Below are positions 9,546-18,239 of a DNA stretch of 64,000 nt, one piece after another (position 1 is the first letter of the stretch; each line of letters begins with the position of its first letter). The notes under the pieces are model-generated. The model searched no databases, was not told the origin of the DNA, and saw nothing but the letters and a program-made list of their open reading frames with translations. The position numbers and the translations under genes were made by a program. This stretch comes from Escherichia phage vB_EcoM_ESCO8. The stretch is taken from sequence record OM386653.1. One strand, 5' to 3'.

Positions 9546-10395
9546 TCAAATTCAACATTTTGCTAATACTTTTACTAACCTGAAGGAAGCAAAATTTAAC
9601 ATTGCAGATTATTCCAAGCTAAAGTTTGGTAGTAACCAGGCAGCAAAAAGAATGGGGCGCATTCTGGCTGAAAGTTTCTTTTCCAAGTATGAAGAACGAC
9701 TGGTAAATGAAAGTTTTGTTGTTATTCCATCTCCATATAACTATGTGAAAAATGCAGCTACAGTGTTATCTGAACATTTTGTAGATCACCTCAACTACCT
9801 AATCTCTATCAAAGGAGGTAAAGCAGTGGAGTGGGATATCGTTCATCGTAAAGTGAGCTATATCAATGATTATGGATTTCTTAGCAAAGAAGATCGTAAG
9901 GCTTTGATCGATGGTGACACTTTCTCTATCAATCGTGATTTCTGGGGTAATAAAACTCTGATTTTCATTGATGATGTTAATATTACAGGAACGCACGAAG
10001 AAAAACTTATTGAAATTTTAGACAAAGAAGGTGTTGAAAACGATACGTTTTTCCTGTACTTTGCAAAGTATGAAGGTACAGAAGCCAATACCGAAGCTGC
10101 ACTTAACTTCAACTATATCAATAACCTGGCAGCTTTTATTAAAATGATTAAACAAGAAACTGATGCTAAATGTTTGGTTCGTCCTATTAAGTATCTAATG
10201 AGTCAAAGCGAAGTTGATTTTAAAATTGCACTTTCACAGCTTCCTTTGTATTATGTAGAACAACTGTTCTTTGGTTGCCTTGCAGAAGGCTACAATAACA
10301 TTGAAAAATATAAAGAGAACTTTGATTTCCTACGTCAATTTTTTGAAAGCAACATTATCAACAAATCTAATGTTAAAGGGGATTATTATGTCTAA
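9538..10395 (+). CDS. phosphoribosyltransferase (PRTase)-like protein
   Basis: PRPP-binding-type motif TLIFIDDVNITGTHEE; start overlaps the HAD stop, suggesting translational coupling. Confidence 0.6.
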   Translation: MRNQIQHFANTFTNLKEAKFNIADYSKLKFGSNQAAKRMGRILAESFFSKYEERLVNESFVVIPSPYNYVKNAATVLSEHFVDHLNYLISIKGGKAVEWDIVHRKVSYINDYGFLSKEDRKALIDGDTFSINRDFWGNKTLIFIDDVNITGTHEEKLIEILDKEGVENDTFFLYFAKYEGTEANTEAALNFNYINNLAAFIKMIKQETDAKCLVRPIKYLMSQSEVDFKIALSQLPLYYVEQLFFGCLAEGYNNIEKYKENFDFLRQFFESNIINKSNVKGDYYV

Positions 10396-11104
10396 TAAAG
10401 TAATGACTTTCGGAGATCCTATCACCAATATTACAGAAAAAGATTTTGGGCGTGTAGCAACAGATAAAGATGGTGTCTTAAGAATTCGTGTACAAGGTAT
10501 TACAGCACAGGATGAATATGCTGTGTATGTTTCAGGTCTTAACTATATTGATGATCGCATTACACAAAACTTTGCACTGATCGGTGGTGTAGAGAAAATG
10601 TATTGGGAAGATGAAATTGTAACAAGTTATCCGGCAGGTATCATTGAGGTATACGGTGATCTTTTAGCAGCAGCCGAGAGAGGCGATATAGACGCTATAG
10701 CACACTGCTGTAACTGTTTTTGCACTATGGGTAGTGGTATTGCACCAAAAATTAAAAGCAAGTGGCCTGGTGCGTTTAAAGCAGATTGTGCCACTAAACA
10801 TGGTGATTATAAAAAATTAGGTACGTTTACCAAATATATAGAAAACAATTTGACAATTTATAATTTATATGGACAATATGGTTATAGTCGTCGTGAGGAA
10901 GGTAAGCGTGACCTGAATTATGAAGCTATCTACAATGCGTTAGATAGTATGGGAGACGATGTTGTATCTTCAGGCGGTAAAATTGTAGGTTTACCAATGC
11001 TTGGTTGTGGTTTGGCTGGAGGTTCTTGGAGTATTGTAAAACTTATGATCGAAGAAACTCTAGTAAACAAAGGTTTAAATGTAATTGTTTACAAACTGAA
11101 ATAA
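10388..11104 (+). CDS. macro-domain-like protein (ADP-ribose-derivative binding/processing), tentative
   Basis: DAIAHCCNCFCTMGSGIAPKI resembles the macro-domain block DAIVNAAN...GGGV.GAI; C-terminal GKIVGLPMLGCGLAGGSW resembles the second macro block; start at ATG 10388 behind AAAGGGG. Confidence 0.4.
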   Translation: MSNKVMTFGDPITNITEKDFGRVATDKDGVLRIRVQGITAQDEYAVYVSGLNYIDDRITQNFALIGGVEKMYWEDEIVTSYPAGIIEVYGDLLAAAERGDIDAIAHCCNCFCTMGSGIAPKIKSKWPGAFKADCATKHGDYKKLGTFTKYIENNLTIYNLYGQYGYSRREEGKRDLNYEAIYNALDSMGDDVVSSGGKIVGLPMLGCGLAGGSWSIVKLMIEETLVNKGLNVIVYKLK

Positions 11105-11113
11105 GGAGAAAGT

Positions 11114-11320
11114 ATGGCAGGTGTTTTAGCAGTATTAGGTTGTTTTATTGTTGTGTTTTTGATTGTGTTAATCCCTAGTTGGCTACTGCTTTTAGCATAC
11201 AACTATATGATTGACATTATCGGCTTAGACTGGCATCATGTTCCTGTAACGTTTTGGAGTGTAGTCTGTGTGACGTTCATTCTTGCGGTACTTCGTGGTA
11301 TCTTTCAATCTAACAAATAA
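11114..11320 (+). CDS. small membrane protein (two predicted TM helices)
   Basis: 68 aa, strongly hydrophobic; AAGGAGA RBS. Confidence 0.45.
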   Translation: MAGVLAVLGCFIVVFLIVLIPSWLLLLAYNYMIDIIGLDWHHVPVTFWSVVCVTFILAVLRGIFQSNK

Positions 11321-11334
11321 GAGAGGATTTTTAT

Positions 11335-11583
11335 ATGCGTAAAGTAAATGTTGAAGTGCTTGAAAAATTTAGAAACACTCGTGATTGTACTATCGGCAAG
11401 GTTTACGAGGCTATTCTCCTTGAAGATGGAGATCAAGTTCCTGCCCCGTATCACGCCTTTAATGGTCAAATCAGCAAAGTGGAAGGTGGTCTTGCTATTT
11501 GCTTTATTGATGACGTAGGTGATGCTGTAGCTTTCCCTGTCATTAACAAAGAAGATAAACTTAAAATTACAGAACTGAACTAG
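11335..11583 (+). CDS. hypothetical protein
   Basis: 82-aa ORF behind AGAGAGGA; no motif recognised. Confidence 0.5.
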   Translation: MRKVNVEVLEKFRNTRDCTIGKVYEAILLEDGDQVPAPYHAFNGQISKVEGGLAICFIDDVGDAVAFPVINKEDKLKITELN

Positions 11584-11611
11584 TTGACTTTCTTTAAAAA
11601 CAGTTTATAGT
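11584..11611 (+). promoter_or_regulatory. sigma70-like promoter (TTGACT-16-TATAGT) upstream of the TerC-family gene
   Basis: -35 at 11584-11589, -10 at 11606-11611, read directly from sequence. Confidence 0.45.
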
Positions 11612-11623
11612 ATAAGACATAGA

Positions 11624-11642
11624 GCGGAGGATTGTCCTCCGC
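11624..11642 (+). other. 5'-proximal stem-loop (gcggagga / tcctccgc) in the TerC leader
   Basis: Perfect 8-bp inverted repeat with 3-nt loop just downstream of the predicted start site; no T-tract after it. Confidence 0.4.
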
Positions 11643-11660
11643 ATTAAAGAGGAGAAAAGA

Positions 11661-12638
11661 ATGCAACTGGGTTTCCCAATTATTGATGTGGTTGTTTTAG
11701 TGGGTATTTTAGTCTTGTCGATTTGTATTGACTTCTTTGGACACAGAGAAAACAAAGAAATTTCATTTAAATCTGCAATTGGCTGGTCAATTTTCTGGAT
11801 TGGGGTATCATTAGCCTACTATGGTTTTGTATACTTCCAACACGGTGCTGATTTTGCGAGCTTGTTCTTGAGTGGGTATGTGTTGGAGAAATCTCTTTCT
11901 GTAGATAACTTAGTAGTATTTGTAGCAGTATTCGCAAGTTTTGGTATTAAAAGCACACACTTGCAGCACAAGATTCTACTTTGGGGTATTGCAGGTGCGA
12001 TTGTCTTCCGAGGTGTGTTTGTAGCAGTAGGTACTTACTTGTTGAGTTTGGGCTGGTATGTTAATATCTTCTTCGGTGCTGTCATCCTTTTCTGTGCGGC
12101 TAAAATGGTATTCGCTGGAGATAATGATGCAGAAGTTGATTACTCTAAACACTGGGCTACTCGCATTGTTCGTAAGCTGTTCCCTGTATCTGATCAGATG
12201 GATGGTGAGAAGTTCTTCACAATCAAAAATGGTGTTCGTGTAGCAACTCCGGCTCTGGTTTGTGTGTTTGTAATGGAAATGGTTGACGTAATCTTTGCAG
12301 TAGACTCTGTTCCAGCAGTAATTGCAGTGACACAAGAACCTCTGCTGGTGTTCTCTTCGATGCTCTGTGCAATCTTAGGTTTACGTGCTCTGTTCTTTGT
12401 TCTTAGTGTTGCACTGAAGTATTTGGTTCATCTGGAGAAAGCAGTTATCGTAGTCCTGGTGTTTGTGGGTGTAAAACTGATGTATCACCCGTTTGCAGAA
12501 ACTCTGCACGCAAAAGTGAGTTTCCTGCCAGCACACATTGACCCGACGATCAGTATGTATATTGTGTTAGGTACTCTTGGGCTGGGTGTTCTTGCAAGTT
12601 TAATCTTCCCTGAAAAAGAAGACCAGGCTGTTGCTTAA
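11661..12638 (+). CDS. TerC-family integral membrane protein
   Basis: Polytopic membrane protein, 325 aa, with the TerC-family signature region GYVLEKSLSVDNLVVF; strong RBS AGAGGAGAAAAG. Confidence 0.75.
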   Translation: MQLGFPIIDVVVLVGILVLSICIDFFGHRENKEISFKSAIGWSIFWIGVSLAYYGFVYFQHGADFASLFLSGYVLEKSLSVDNLVVFVAVFASFGIKSTHLQHKILLWGIAGAIVFRGVFVAVGTYLLSLGWYVNIFFGAVILFCAAKMVFAGDNDAEVDYSKHWATRIVRKLFPVSDQMDGEKFFTIKNGVRVATPALVCVFVMEMVDVIFAVDSVPAVIAVTQEPLLVFSSMLCAILGLRALFFVLSVALKYLVHLEKAVIVVLVFVGVKLMYHPFAETLHAKVSFLPAHIDPTISMYIVLGTLGLGVLASLIFPEKEDQAVA

Positions 12639-12645
12639 TTCATTA

Positions 12646-12666
12646 AGCCCCTTCGGGGGCTTTATT
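12646..12666 (+). terminator. intrinsic terminator (agcccc-TTCG-ggggct) plus T-tract
   Basis: GC stem with TTCG loop followed by ttatt, directly after the TerC stop. Confidence 0.65.
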
Positions 12667-12677
12667 GAGGTGATCTG

Positions 12678-12884
12678 ATGGTGGTTTTACGTGTTCTTTG
12701 GATTCTGTTTGAAAATATTTGTTTTGCTCTAGGTTTGTTTTGTTTGATTTTTATCTTGACAACATATATTGATAACCATACAATTACTATCAACAGGAAC
12801 GGAGAACAGATGTATTGTTTCTCTAGGGATTTTAAAAATTGTGTTGAGATTTTAAATGAGAGGGTTACAAATGAAAAACATTAA
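12678..12884 (+). CDS. hypothetical small membrane protein (uncertain)
   Basis: 68-aa hydrophobic ORF behind GAGGTGA; overlaps the lipoprotein start. Confidence 0.25.
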   Translation: MVVLRVLWILFENICFALGLFCLIFILTTYIDNHTITINRNGEQMYCFSRDFKNCVEILNERVTNEKH

Positions 12885-13461
12885 ATCTTTTATTGTTGCA
12901 GTTGTTTTAGGTAGTGCATTGCTGGTAGGTTGTGATGATTCTGAAAATGTACAAAATCAACGTTACCAACAAACACCAAATCAGATGGTAGATGAACAAT
13001 ATGTAAATCAGCCTGCACCTCAAGTTGTTCAAGCAGCACCTGCACAACCTTCAACAGTTGTTGTGCAAGGAGGCGGCAGTGGTTCTTCTGGCGTAGGTGA
13101 GTTTGCTACAGGTATGCTTCTTGGTCATATGTTGAGTGGTAATAGTGGCGGTGGTGGTTATAGAGATGGCGGTAGCAATACAACAATTATCAATAACAAC
13201 GCTGCTCCTACAACTAATAGTAAAGCATATACAACACAAAAGCATAGGTTTTATGATAAACAAGGGAATACATATACAACCACTAAACAAAACACAATTA
13301 AGCAGCAAAGTGTACAAACGTATTCACGCCCATCAACAACAAAAGTGAATAGTGATTACTCTGCTCGTAAGTCTTACTCAAGTCCTATTAGCTCTTATAG
13401 TAAGTCTTCGAAAAGTTATTCTTCGTCGAAACGTAGTTTTAGTAGCTCACGTCGTCGTTAA
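12871..13461 (+). CDS. lipoprotein with glycine-zipper-like segment and Ser-rich C-terminus
   Basis: Signal peptide MKNIKSFIVAVVLGSALLVGC with lipobox LVGC; Gly-rich stretch GGGSGSSGVGEFATGMLLGHMLSGNSGGGG; start at ATG 12871. Confidence 0.6.
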   Translation: MKNIKSFIVAVVLGSALLVGCDDSENVQNQRYQQTPNQMVDEQYVNQPAPQVVQAAPAQPSTVVVQGGGSGSSGVGEFATGMLLGHMLSGNSGGGGYRDGGSNTTIINNNAAPTTNSKAYTTQKHRFYDKQGNTYTTTKQNTIKQQSVQTYSRPSTTKVNSDYSARKSYSSPISSYSKSSKSYSSSKRSFSSSRRR

Positions 13462-13496
13462 TAATTTAATACAGATTAAATAAGAAGGAGAAACAG

Positions 13497-14348
13497 ATGA
13501 AACTAGAAGTTGGTAAAGTGTATCGCCTGGAAGGTTGGATCTTTAATCAAGAAATTCTTGAGAAGAATAAAGATGGTTTTGAGTTTGTTGGTACTACCAA
13601 GGAAAGTATGCACAATGACGAATACTGTAAATTCGTTGGTAAAAATACAGGTCAAGAACAATTTTGCTTTAAGAGCGCAATCGGTGATTATGCTTCTGTA
13701 ATGCCAACACCAGAAAAGACTTCGAAGCAATATACTGTCTTTGGTGTAAAACTTGAAGAACTTGTAGAACACCCACGTTTTGAAGAGTTCAAGGTTGCTG
13801 CAATGCGCAAGCATTCTGAAATTAAAATACATAATTTGTTTGATTTAGAAGATCGGTTTGATATCTTTATGTATGATCGCAGGGAAAAGCATTTTGATGC
13901 AACGACTTCAAAATTTGCTGCAACAGAGGATATTAAAATCCTTGATGTTGATACCTTTCTTGAGAGTGTATCGTTTGTATTCATTCCTAAATACAAAAAA
14001 CGTAGTGATCATAAACGTGTGAAAGGAACTCCTCGTAAAAAACGTACTGTAAACAAAGCAACTTTGCACTTCACTTCTGGTGATAAATATACTCTCAAAG
14101 GGTTTGAAAGTGTTTTGTATGATGCTGGAACGGGTAATATCAAGTTTATCATTAAGGCAACCTACAAAGGTACGGTATTGCACGAAGAGGCTGTTACACT
14201 ACCTGTATTCGATATCTCTCGTGTTGAGGTACGGGGTGTTAAAGAGTCCTTCGATCTGGATTTCTTAACTGCTAATACCACGGGTTATGTTAATCTGGAA
14301 GCAGATGGAGCATTTATTACTACAAATTATTTAGATATGTTTGTTTAA
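13497..14348 (+). CDS. hypothetical protein
   Basis: 283-aa ORF behind AAGAAGGAGA; no motif recognised. Confidence 0.5.
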   Translation: MKLEVGKVYRLEGWIFNQEILEKNKDGFEFVGTTKESMHNDEYCKFVGKNTGQEQFCFKSAIGDYASVMPTPEKTSKQYTVFGVKLEELVEHPRFEEFKVAAMRKHSEIKIHNLFDLEDRFDIFMYDRREKHFDATTSKFAATEDIKILDVDTFLESVSFVFIPKYKKRSDHKRVKGTPRKKRTVNKATLHFTSGDKYTLKGFESVLYDAGTGNIKFIIKATYKGTVLHEEAVTLPVFDISRVEVRGVKESFDLDFLTANTTGYVNLEADGAFITTNYLDMFV

Positions 14349-14365
14349 TACTTAACTTGTGTTAT

Positions 14366-14391
14366 GATGGTGGTATAGAAGTATCACCATC
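14366..14391 (+). other. stem-loop (gatggtg ... caccatc) between ORF 13497-14348 and the TelA-like gene
   Basis: 7-bp inverted repeat with 12-nt loop; no T-tract. Confidence 0.3.
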
Positions 14392-14416
14392 TACTAAAGA
14401 ATATGGAGGAAATTGA

Positions 14417-15520
14417 ATGTCCAGTCCTTTTATCAGTGCCGTAAAAAGCAAACCGTCTGAAATGAGTGTATTCACGGCAACAACAGAAAAAAGTAAGTCT
14501 TTGTTTGCTCCAACTGCTATGGATGCAAGTCCTGTATATGCCCCTGCTGTTGCACGACCTGTACAAATGCTGCCTCCAATGTCTCGTGAAGAGATTGAAC
14601 AGGTTGGTGCTGATGCAGGACTTACTCTTCGTAACCTTAATGCTGAAGTGCTTAAACACCAGCGTTCATCTCAGGGAGATGAAATGAGTGAACGTTTAAC
14701 TGCGCTTATTAAGCAAGCAAAGCAACTTGATCCTAACTCTATTAAACAATCTAAAGGTTTAGGTAAACTAGTTAAGAAAGTTTTAGGTATGAAAGAAGAT
14801 TTGTTTGGAGAATTTGACACCATCAATAACCGTATTGAAGGTTTGGTAAAGACACTCCAAACAGACTTGAAAAAAGAAGAAGATTCTTTACGATATCTGC
14901 AACGTTTAGAAGAGGCTATTGCAAAATATGCCCTTAGTTTAAACAGGGATATAGAGCTTCTAACAGCTACTTATGAAAAAGAAGAAATTCGCCTTAATAC
15001 ACTGCCTGAAAATGAGGTAGAAGAGCGTCAACGTACTCGTGATACTATGGATCTGCTTGAAATTCGTATTGCAGACCTGAAAGCCTTACGCTTACTATGT
15101 GTTCAGATGGGGCCACGTGTACAAAGTATGCAGAAAGTATCTGCAAGTTTGATGCGATCAGCCCGTAATATTGTGAATAATGTTATCCCTGCTTACTCTG
15201 CAAACTTTTCTATGCATATTGAAAGTCTACGCCAGAAGAAAGCAGCCGATACACAGAACAATGTACTAAATGAATTTAATGCTGCTATTGCAATGGGTAG
15301 TGATTTGGCTGCACAAAACCAAATTGAAGCTACACAACTTGCTAATCGTCAAGTATTGGATATTGAAACATTACGTCGTGATCAAGAAAACTTGGTTAAA
15401 ATGTTGGAAGAAACTAACCGAATCAACACTGAAGCCCGTGCTGCTCGTATTGATTACATTCAAGAAGTGCAATCTCTTGAAGATGGTATGATTCAAACTG
15501 TTAAACGTGGTCTACTTTAA
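14417..15520 (+). CDS. TelA-like (toxic anion resistance family) protein, tentative
   Basis: 367 aa, largely alpha-helical/coiled-coil, size and neighbourhood with TerC, TerD and vWA genes fit TelA; no diagnostic motif confirmed by eye. Confidence 0.4.
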   Translation: MSSPFISAVKSKPSEMSVFTATTEKSKSLFAPTAMDASPVYAPAVARPVQMLPPMSREEIEQVGADAGLTLRNLNAEVLKHQRSSQGDEMSERLTALIKQAKQLDPNSIKQSKGLGKLVKKVLGMKEDLFGEFDTINNRIEGLVKTLQTDLKKEEDSLRYLQRLEEAIAKYALSLNRDIELLTATYEKEEIRLNTLPENEVEERQRTRDTMDLLEIRIADLKALRLLCVQMGPRVQSMQKVSASLMRSARNIVNNVIPAYSANFSMHIESLRQKKAADTQNNVLNEFNAAIAMGSDLAAQNQIEATQLANRQVLDIETLRRDQENLVKMLEETNRINTEARAARIDYIQEVQSLEDGMIQTVKRGLL

Positions 15521-15533
15521 GGAGAAATATATT

Positions 15534-15740
15534 ATGAATATTAAAATTTACAAACTGTCTGGTTCTATGATTGCTGTTCAGTATGATAATGAAGATCGTT
15601 ATGTTCTCCTCCAGGATGCTTGGTTAGATGATCCTAATGTATTCACTGTCCTGCGAGAACTACGTTCTGTCTATACCTATTCTTCTAAAGATGGTTTTGA
15701 CAATTCAACGATGGAATTGGTAAAAGAGGAGAATGTGTAA
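15534..15740 (+). CDS. hypothetical small protein
   Basis: ATG 15534 behind AAGGAGA. Confidence 0.4.
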   Translation: MNIKIYKLSGSMIAVQYDNEDRYVLLQDAWLDDPNVFTVLRELRSVYTYSSKDGFDNSTMELVKEENV

Positions 15741-15940
15741 TGAGTAAAGATATTCACTTAACTCGTGAAGAATTGCAAACCATTATGGAAGATGCTTTCA
15801 TTGATGGTTGGAAACAAGGTCAAGAATCAGATTGGTATGATGCCGAAGATTTTTTGTATTATCATATGACTGCACCTGTAGACGAGCAAACACACTCTGA
15901 AACAACTTTGGCTTTAATTGATCTTAAGGCTGGTGTATAA
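15740..15940 (+). CDS. hypothetical small acidic protein
   Basis: 66 aa; carries motif LTREELQTIMEDAFIDGWKQG shared with the next ORF. Confidence 0.4.
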   Translation: MSKDIHLTREELQTIMEDAFIDGWKQGQESDWYDAEDFLYYHMTAPVDEQTHSETTLALIDLKAGV

Positions 15941-16503
15941 TGGGGTGTTTTAGTTTCTTGTGCAAAGAGTCTGGTAATGCTGCTCTTTCTACCTCTTTTG
16001 ATGGCTCTCCTTGCTACCTATTTCTTTTGAAAGGTGGTAAGGTTGTCGAAGAGATGTATGGGAATTATGATAGCTATGGTAGTGTTTTCTCTAACGAAGA
16101 AGATAAACATGGCAATCGTAAAAGATTTAAGTGGTCTATGCCTTGGGAAGAAGTTTGTAATTTGATGTTCTCTTCCGATCTTGGAGATGGGATTGCTCTG
16201 GTATTAGAAGAGCACTTTACAGGTGAGATCCCAACAGAAAGATCTGAAGAAGATCCTAACCAGGGTTGGGGTGATGGAGAAGAAGATCCAGATTGCTTCT
16301 TCAACACTGAAAATAATAAATTTAAACGTGTTGACAATCCTTACCACAAAGTGCATAATACTTGCATTGAGACAGAAGAAGACTCAAAGCTAGAAATTGA
16401 AGATGATTTAGTTGTAACTATCTCTTTAAACGAGTTGCAAAAAATCACTAGAGAGGCTTTCTATTTAGGTTGGAAAGTAGGTAAAGGAGGAGATAGTGCT
16501 TAA
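15940..16503 (+). CDS. hypothetical acidic protein
   Basis: 187 aa; C-terminal LNELQKITREAFYLGWKVG echoes the motif of the upstream ORF. Confidence 0.45.
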   Translation: MGCFSFLCKESGNAALSTSFDGSPCYLFLLKGGKVVEEMYGNYDSYGSVFSNEEDKHGNRKRFKWSMPWEEVCNLMFSSDLGDGIALVLEEHFTGEIPTERSEEDPNQGWGDGEEDPDCFFNTENNKFKRVDNPYHKVHNTCIETEEDSKLEIEDDLVVTISLNELQKITREAFYLGWKVGKGGDSA

Positions 16504-16765
16504 ATTTAATATCAAAGACGACAAATCAGATGAACCTAAATGTTTTGGAGAACTTGACGTAGGTGATACATTTGTATATTATGTTGCCTATCAAGATTCT
16601 GGTTTAGATACGTTCAGAAACTTAGTGTTTATTAAAGTTAATACAAACCAAGCAATGTGTCTGAACGGTTCGCAAAGAGGTCAACTTAGCTGTATTTCGT
16701 ATGATACAGAAATGGTAGAAGTGGATTTAGAAGTTACTAACATTACACTCAGAAAGGAGAAATAA
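16496..16765 (+). CDS. hypothetical protein
   Basis: GTG start behind AAAGGAGGA; 89 aa. Confidence 0.4.
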   Translation: MLKFNIKDDKSDEPKCFGELDVGDTFVYYVAYQDSGLDTFRNLVFIKVNTNQAMCLNGSQRGQLSCISYDTEMVEVDLEVTNITLRKEK

Positions 16766-16766
16766 T

Positions 16767-17561
16767 ATGTCCAATAAAATCAGTCTTAAAAAACGTCAAG
16801 AAACTCTTACCGTATCTCTGCGTAAGAAAAAGATTAACGATGTTGTTCTTCGTGTCGGTAGCGCCTTAGATATTTCGGGTAGTATGTGTGAGCTGTATCG
16901 TGATGGCACTGTTAGTGATTTTGTAGGTAAGCTACTGCCGTTTGGTATGAAGTTTGATGATAATGCACAGATTGACATGTGGGCTTTCAATAGTTCTTCT
17001 TTTGAACTGCCTCCTGCAACGGCTGATGTATATGATGATTATGTCGGCTCTTGTATGTCTAATGTTTGCATCAATGGTGGTACAGCTTATGCTCCAGTAA
17101 TGCAAGAGATCTATGATACATACTTCGGTAGTGTACCTATGAAAAATATTACACGCGAAGTCGTTGAGTATGAAGAAGTTCCGGCTAAGGGTTTCCTTGC
17201 TAAACTAACTGGTAAAAAAGAACGTGTAGAAGTTACACGTACTGTTGTAGAACAGGTTGTAGATACTGATGCACAAGTTGATCGTACTCCTGCAATGATT
17301 TTCTTCCAAACTGACGGGGAGAACATGGATACTTCAGCAGTACGTAGTTTGCTGAACAAACACCGCAACACTCCTGTTTACTGGTTTATGGTTGGTGTAG
17401 GTAATGCAAACTTTAAATTCCTGAAAGACTTGGCAAAAGAATACGATAACGTTGATTTTATCGGTATTGCAGATTTGTCCTTGTCTGACGAAGAACTTTA
17501 CGATAAACTGCTATCCGAAGAGTTTGGCGAGTGGGTTAAAAAATTTGGAGCAAAAGCGTAA
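16767..17561 (+). CDS. von Willebrand factor A (vWA) domain protein, TerY-like
   Basis: MIDAS-type motif ALDISGSM (DxSxS) near the N-terminus; 264 aa. Confidence 0.6.
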   Translation: MSNKISLKKRQETLTVSLRKKKINDVVLRVGSALDISGSMCELYRDGTVSDFVGKLLPFGMKFDDNAQIDMWAFNSSSFELPPATADVYDDYVGSCMSNVCINGGTAYAPVMQEIYDTYFGSVPMKNITREVVEYEEVPAKGFLAKLTGKKERVEVTRTVVEQVVDTDAQVDRTPAMIFFQTDGENMDTSAVRSLLNKHRNTPVYWFMVGVGNANFKFLKDLAKEYDNVDFIGIADLSLSDEELYDKLLSEEFGEWVKKFGAKA

Positions 17562-17568
17562 AAAACGC

Positions 17569-17596
17569 TTGACTTTGTAGAAAAGATTAGTAAAAT
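17569..17596 (+). promoter_or_regulatory. sigma70-like promoter (TTGACT-16-TAAAAT) driving the TerD gene
   Basis: -35 at 17569-17574, -10 at 17591-17596. Confidence 0.5.
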
Positions 17597-17633
17597 AGAC
17601 AACGTAAATTAACAACAAAGGAGATAATAAATT

Positions 17634-18230
17634 ATGACTCAGAAAATTTCCCTGAAAAAAGGTTCTAGCGAAAAAGTTTCTCTGAAAAAGATTGCACCAG
17701 CACTGAAACGCATTCGTCTGGAATTCTCTTGGAAATCTAACGAAAAACTGGATCTGGATGTTAGTGCTCTGATTTGCCGACACAATGCATCTGGTCTGCC
17801 GGAACTGTTGTCTCCTCGCCACCTGGTATGCTACGCACAGAAATTTGATCCTGAACGTTCTACTTTTGCAGGTGAAGATGTTCGTGACGGTGTAGGACAA
17901 ATGGAGCAGATTGATGTTACACTGGATAATATCTCTGCTGAAGCACAGGAAATTGCATTCGTAATCACTATTGATGACGAAACGGGTAAGAAACGCCTTG
18001 GTCACGCTACCGAAGGTTTCCTTAAAATCTTCGATGATGAACGTAACGTTGAACTGCTGGATTTTGACTTCTTGGCTCCAGAACTTGCAGGTAATACCAT
18101 TTGCCACGTTGCCTCCCTGGTGCGGGAAGATAGCGAATGGAAACTGAAAGCATATGGTGTAGGTAAAGCTGGACTTGACATTTATGATGTAGTTAAAGCG
18201 TTTGGCGCTGGCGACGATTGGTTCGAGTAA
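17634..18230 (+). CDS. TerD-domain protein
   Basis: N-terminal ISLKKGSSEKVSLKK, LDLDVSALI, GEDVRDGVG and C-terminal WKLKAYGVGKAGL blocks characteristic of TerD; strong RBS AAGGAGA; codon choice strongly biased to CTG/CGT/GGT/GAA/AAA. Confidence 0.8.
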   Translation: MTQKISLKKGSSEKVSLKKIAPALKRIRLEFSWKSNEKLDLDVSALICRHNASGLPELLSPRHLVCYAQKFDPERSTFAGEDVRDGVGQMEQIDVTLDNISAEAQEIAFVITIDDETGKKRLGHATEGFLKIFDDERNVELLDFDFLAPELAGNTICHVASLVREDSEWKLKAYGVGKAGLDIYDVVKAFGAGDDWFE

Positions 18231-18239
18231 TAAATCATA

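Noticed and set aside
11590-11660. Possible yybP-ykoY (Mn) riboswitch upstream of the TerC-family gene
   Set aside because: The leader between promoter and start codon is only about 45-75 nt and contains a single simple hairpin, too short for that riboswitch; a covariance-model scan is still needed to exclude it formally.
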